Assembly: GCA_046598345.1 (NCBI GenBank) | Contig: JBKJIT010000004.1 | Coordinates: 201,226-265,225, forward strand | DNA: 64,000 nt | Reading direction: 5' to 3' | From: Minisyncoccia bacterium | GTDB lineage: Bacteria > Patescibacteriota > Minisyncoccia > Phycocordibacterales > UBA918 | In this document: positions 61,675-64,000 of the stretch, piece after piece | How positions within the stretch are numbered: position 1 is the first letter of the stretch | How the letters are laid out: every line of letters starts with the position of its first letter | Made by a program: the position numbers and the translations under genes | Notes under the pieces: generated by a model | Database searches by the model: none | What the model was told of the DNA's origin: nothing | Seen by the model: the letters and a program-made list of their open reading frames with translations, nothing else

Positions 61675-62262
61675 TCACCTGGTGAGCAATTCGTCAATCT
61701 CCGCCTTCAATTCATCATAGTGTAGTGAACCACGCTCATGGAATCTGAGAGAACCCAAGTCGTCATACACAATTGTTTCCGGCATCGCATAGCCCTCTAT
61801 AGTCTTAAAAAACATGTCCGCCTCGTCTACGGCATACACAATCCCCTCTCCGCGACCGATATAATCGAGATATGCATTCGCTGTTTCCTTAGTCTCCATG
61901 CGATTCATTGCAATCACGCTAATTTCTTTACCAAAATCAGATTTAATTCGTTCGAGCACATCAAAGTCATTTTTTGACAGCGGACTCCAAGAAGCCCAGG
62001 AGTTAATAATTACAGGTTTCCCTTCATACGATTTGAGATCAAAAGAATTACCCTCCAAATCGGAGTACACAGGAGTCTCTTCATTTTGAATCGCACGAAG
62101 GTCAGAATGCTGACGTGCATAAAATCCTCGTGGTGAAGTTAATTCATACGCAATAAACGCCACGACGATAAGCACGCTAATGAGTACTCCACTCGTAATG
62201 ACCGTACTTTTAGAAAGCTTTTGAATCACACTATATTCTACATCACGAGAGGCAGAGACCAA
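61675..62262 (-). CDS. TlpA/ResA-like thioredoxin-fold protein lacking cysteines
   Basis: GKPVIINSWASWSPLS, MPET; start uncertain. Confidence 0.75.
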   Translation of the reverse strand: MVSASRDVEYSVIQKLSKSTVITSGVLISVLIVVAFIAYELTSPRGFYARQHSDLRAIQNEETPVYSDLEGNSFDLKSYEGKPVIINSWASWSPLSKNDFDVLERIKSDFGKEISVIAMNRMETKETANAYLDYIGRGEGIVYAVDEADMFFKTIEGYAMPETIVYDDLGSLRFHERGSLHYDELKAEIDELLTR

Positions 62263-62279
62263 TACACTTCTGTATAAAT

Positions 62280-62753
62280 CTATTCTTTGAGAAACAGCTC
62301 AAAATCATCGGGCGTCTCTCCTTCTCCAGGAGGAATAAGATTGAGTGCAATTGCGCGTCCTTCAAGGGTTGCCCTAATATCAACTGCTTCACTTCCAGCA
62401 AATTCGACTTTGAAACGCTGGTCCGTAAGCGCCTGTGCACAAGTTTCAGCGGTATTAATTACGTCAAAATTAATACTTGCAGTGTCGGGAGTTATGCTCG
62501 TGGCTACATCCCAATTGAGAAGATCACATGCAGTTGGCATCGTTATCGTTCCTACAAGTGTATGAACACCATCAATAAAGAAATGCTTTGCATCAATCCG
62601 CGTGATGCTGTCGTACGGGCCAGCAATAGGAGTTTCCGTTGTAGGGGTATTTGTTTCATTCATCTCTGATTTCTTTAGAAATGCAAAGACAAACATACCA
62701 ATAATGAGGACTACGAAAAGAATTACCGCGACAATAATCCCATTGTTCTTCAT
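62280..62753 (-). CDS. Membrane-anchored hypothetical protein
   Basis: N-terminal TM; PTAC...CAQ Cys pair. Confidence 0.6.
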   Translation of the reverse strand: MKNNGIIVAVILFVVLIIGMFVFAFLKKSEMNETNTPTTETPIAGPYDSITRIDAKHFFIDGVHTLVGTITMPTACDLLNWDVATSITPDTASINFDVINTAETCAQALTDQRFKVEFAGSEAVDIRATLEGRAIALNLIPPGEGETPDDFELFLKE

Positions 62754-62814
62754 ATATTTGAAAACCTAACTAATAGTCGATTAGTATAGCACAATGGCTT
62801 AAAATATAGGTATT

Positions 62815-64000
62815 CTAGTCATTTAAAGCCCTTTCAGCCTCAATCTCTTCATTAGTCAAGACCTTGTCGCGATCTCCCTCCTGAATGATAACTTCATATT
62901 CTCTACCACTCTTAGAGGCATCGCTCACATACAAAACTGCTCCAACAAATATCAAAATGAGTATTAGAACAGAAATGAAGAACAAACGATACTGCACCAC
63001 AAATCTGAAGATTGTGTGTACCACATCAATAAGTTCATCTACTTCACTAAGGCGGTCACGAAGATCTCTTGCACCGCTTTGTAGCGGCGCAGTTACGGTT
63101 TTATACTTTGGTTTCAAAACGATACTTTTGTCATGAACGGCCAAACTTTTCTTATCTACCTTCCTAAGGTCAGCTTCCCTTTCTACATCTACACCCGCAA
63201 GTATAAGCATGCGCCTGACGTACAGTTTGATCATCCATGAGATAAGGAGGACGACGGCAATTAGTGTACCTAGGGTGATTAATGTCGCCTTGATTGGTAT
63301 CACCCAAAAATACGAAGTTGCTGAAGCGCTCTTTACACCATTTTCACCATATGCAAGTGTTGCAATTGCTTTGTAGCGGCCGATATCTGTAAGTGATGAC
63401 TCTCCTTTCCATGAAAACTTGAAATCACGAATACTTCTGGGAAGCACGTTCCCAAAATGTGTTTGATTATTGACTGGGATAACACCCCGTTCTGTCCCCC
63501 ACATATTTGTAATAATAATATCCCCGCGTGGCTGCACCAATACATTTCCCTTGTTCTCAAACCGTAGTGAGAACTCAGCACTTGGTGTCTCAGTTACCCC
63601 TTCGGTTACAGAAAATTCTCGTATATCAGCTAATTCCACAACATCACCCTCCACTCGAACGAAGAACAGTGACGTAATGGTTTGTGAGGTGTGAAATGCA
63701 ATTGGAGAATCTTTCTCTTTTGGGGGTTCGGTATTAACTAAGATTGCTGCAAAGTGTCCTCCGGGGGCTGCATCCTTAGGTATCTCAACAAAAAACTGAA
63801 TTTCCTTACTCTGCTCTGGAGGAATTACGTACGGGCCTCCCGGAACTTCGATCCACTCTGCGAGCGTAGCTTCTCGTTCCGTGTCATTCAAGATCGGTAT
63901 AAATTTTCCACGCCCTTCTTCGCCCATCGCCTCAAAGTTAACCACCTCAGTGTATACGGTAAGCTCATATGGATTTCCATTTACTACCTTAAGTGAGCTT
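62815..64000 (-). CDS. Surface protein (DUF916/WxL-interacting-like); 5' end outside the window
   Basis: P.DAAPGGHFAAI, FENKGNV, GRYKA; two C-terminal TMs. Confidence 0.6.
   Translation of the reverse strand, partial: SSLKVVNGNPYELTVYTEVVNFEAMGEEGRGKFIPILNDTEREATLAEWIEVPGGPYVIPPEQSKEIQFFVEIPKDAAPGGHFAAILVNTEPPKEKDSPIAFHTSQTITSLFFVRVEGDVVELADIREFSVTEGVTETPSAEFSLRFENKGNVLVQPRGDIIITNMWGTERGVIPVNNQTHFGNVLPRSIRDFKFSWKGESSLTDIGRYKAIATLAYGENGVKSASATSYFWVIPIKATLITLGTLIAVVLLISWMIKLYVRRMLILAGVDVEREADLRKVDKKSLAVHDKSIVLKPKYKTVTAPLQSGARDLRDRLSEVDELIDVVHTIFRFVVQYRLFFISVLILILIFVGAVLYVSDASKSGREYEVIIQEGDRDKVLTNEEIEAERALND

Overview
A 64-kb chromosomal segment with most genes on the minus strand. Gene content and style suggest a small-genome bacterium of the Patescibacteria/CPR (Parcubacteria-like); this taxonomy is inferred, not shown. 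Housekeeping genes: leuS (partial), typA, ychF, a full F0F1 ATP synthase operon, pyrB, ddl, uvrA/B/C, tgt, tag, tRNA-Ala(UGC) and tRNA-Pro(GGG). Accessory genes: an RND pump, a copper/redox cluster (thioredoxin, a CcdA-multicopper oxidase fusion, cupredoxin, copA, copZ), a pilin, sensor proteins and large surface proteins. The most unusual signals are non-coding. (1) An intact tRNA-Pro sits inside a three-piece broken tRNA-Pro. (2) A family of small modular hairpin elements ending in TTCTCA abuts three separate gene fragments (tag, SPFH, tRNA-Pro); two of these fragments lie next to an intact, diverged homolog. (3) Two structured RNAs of unknown family are each bounded by a promoter and a terminator. 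No transposase, integrase, CRISPR array or rRNA was recognised.
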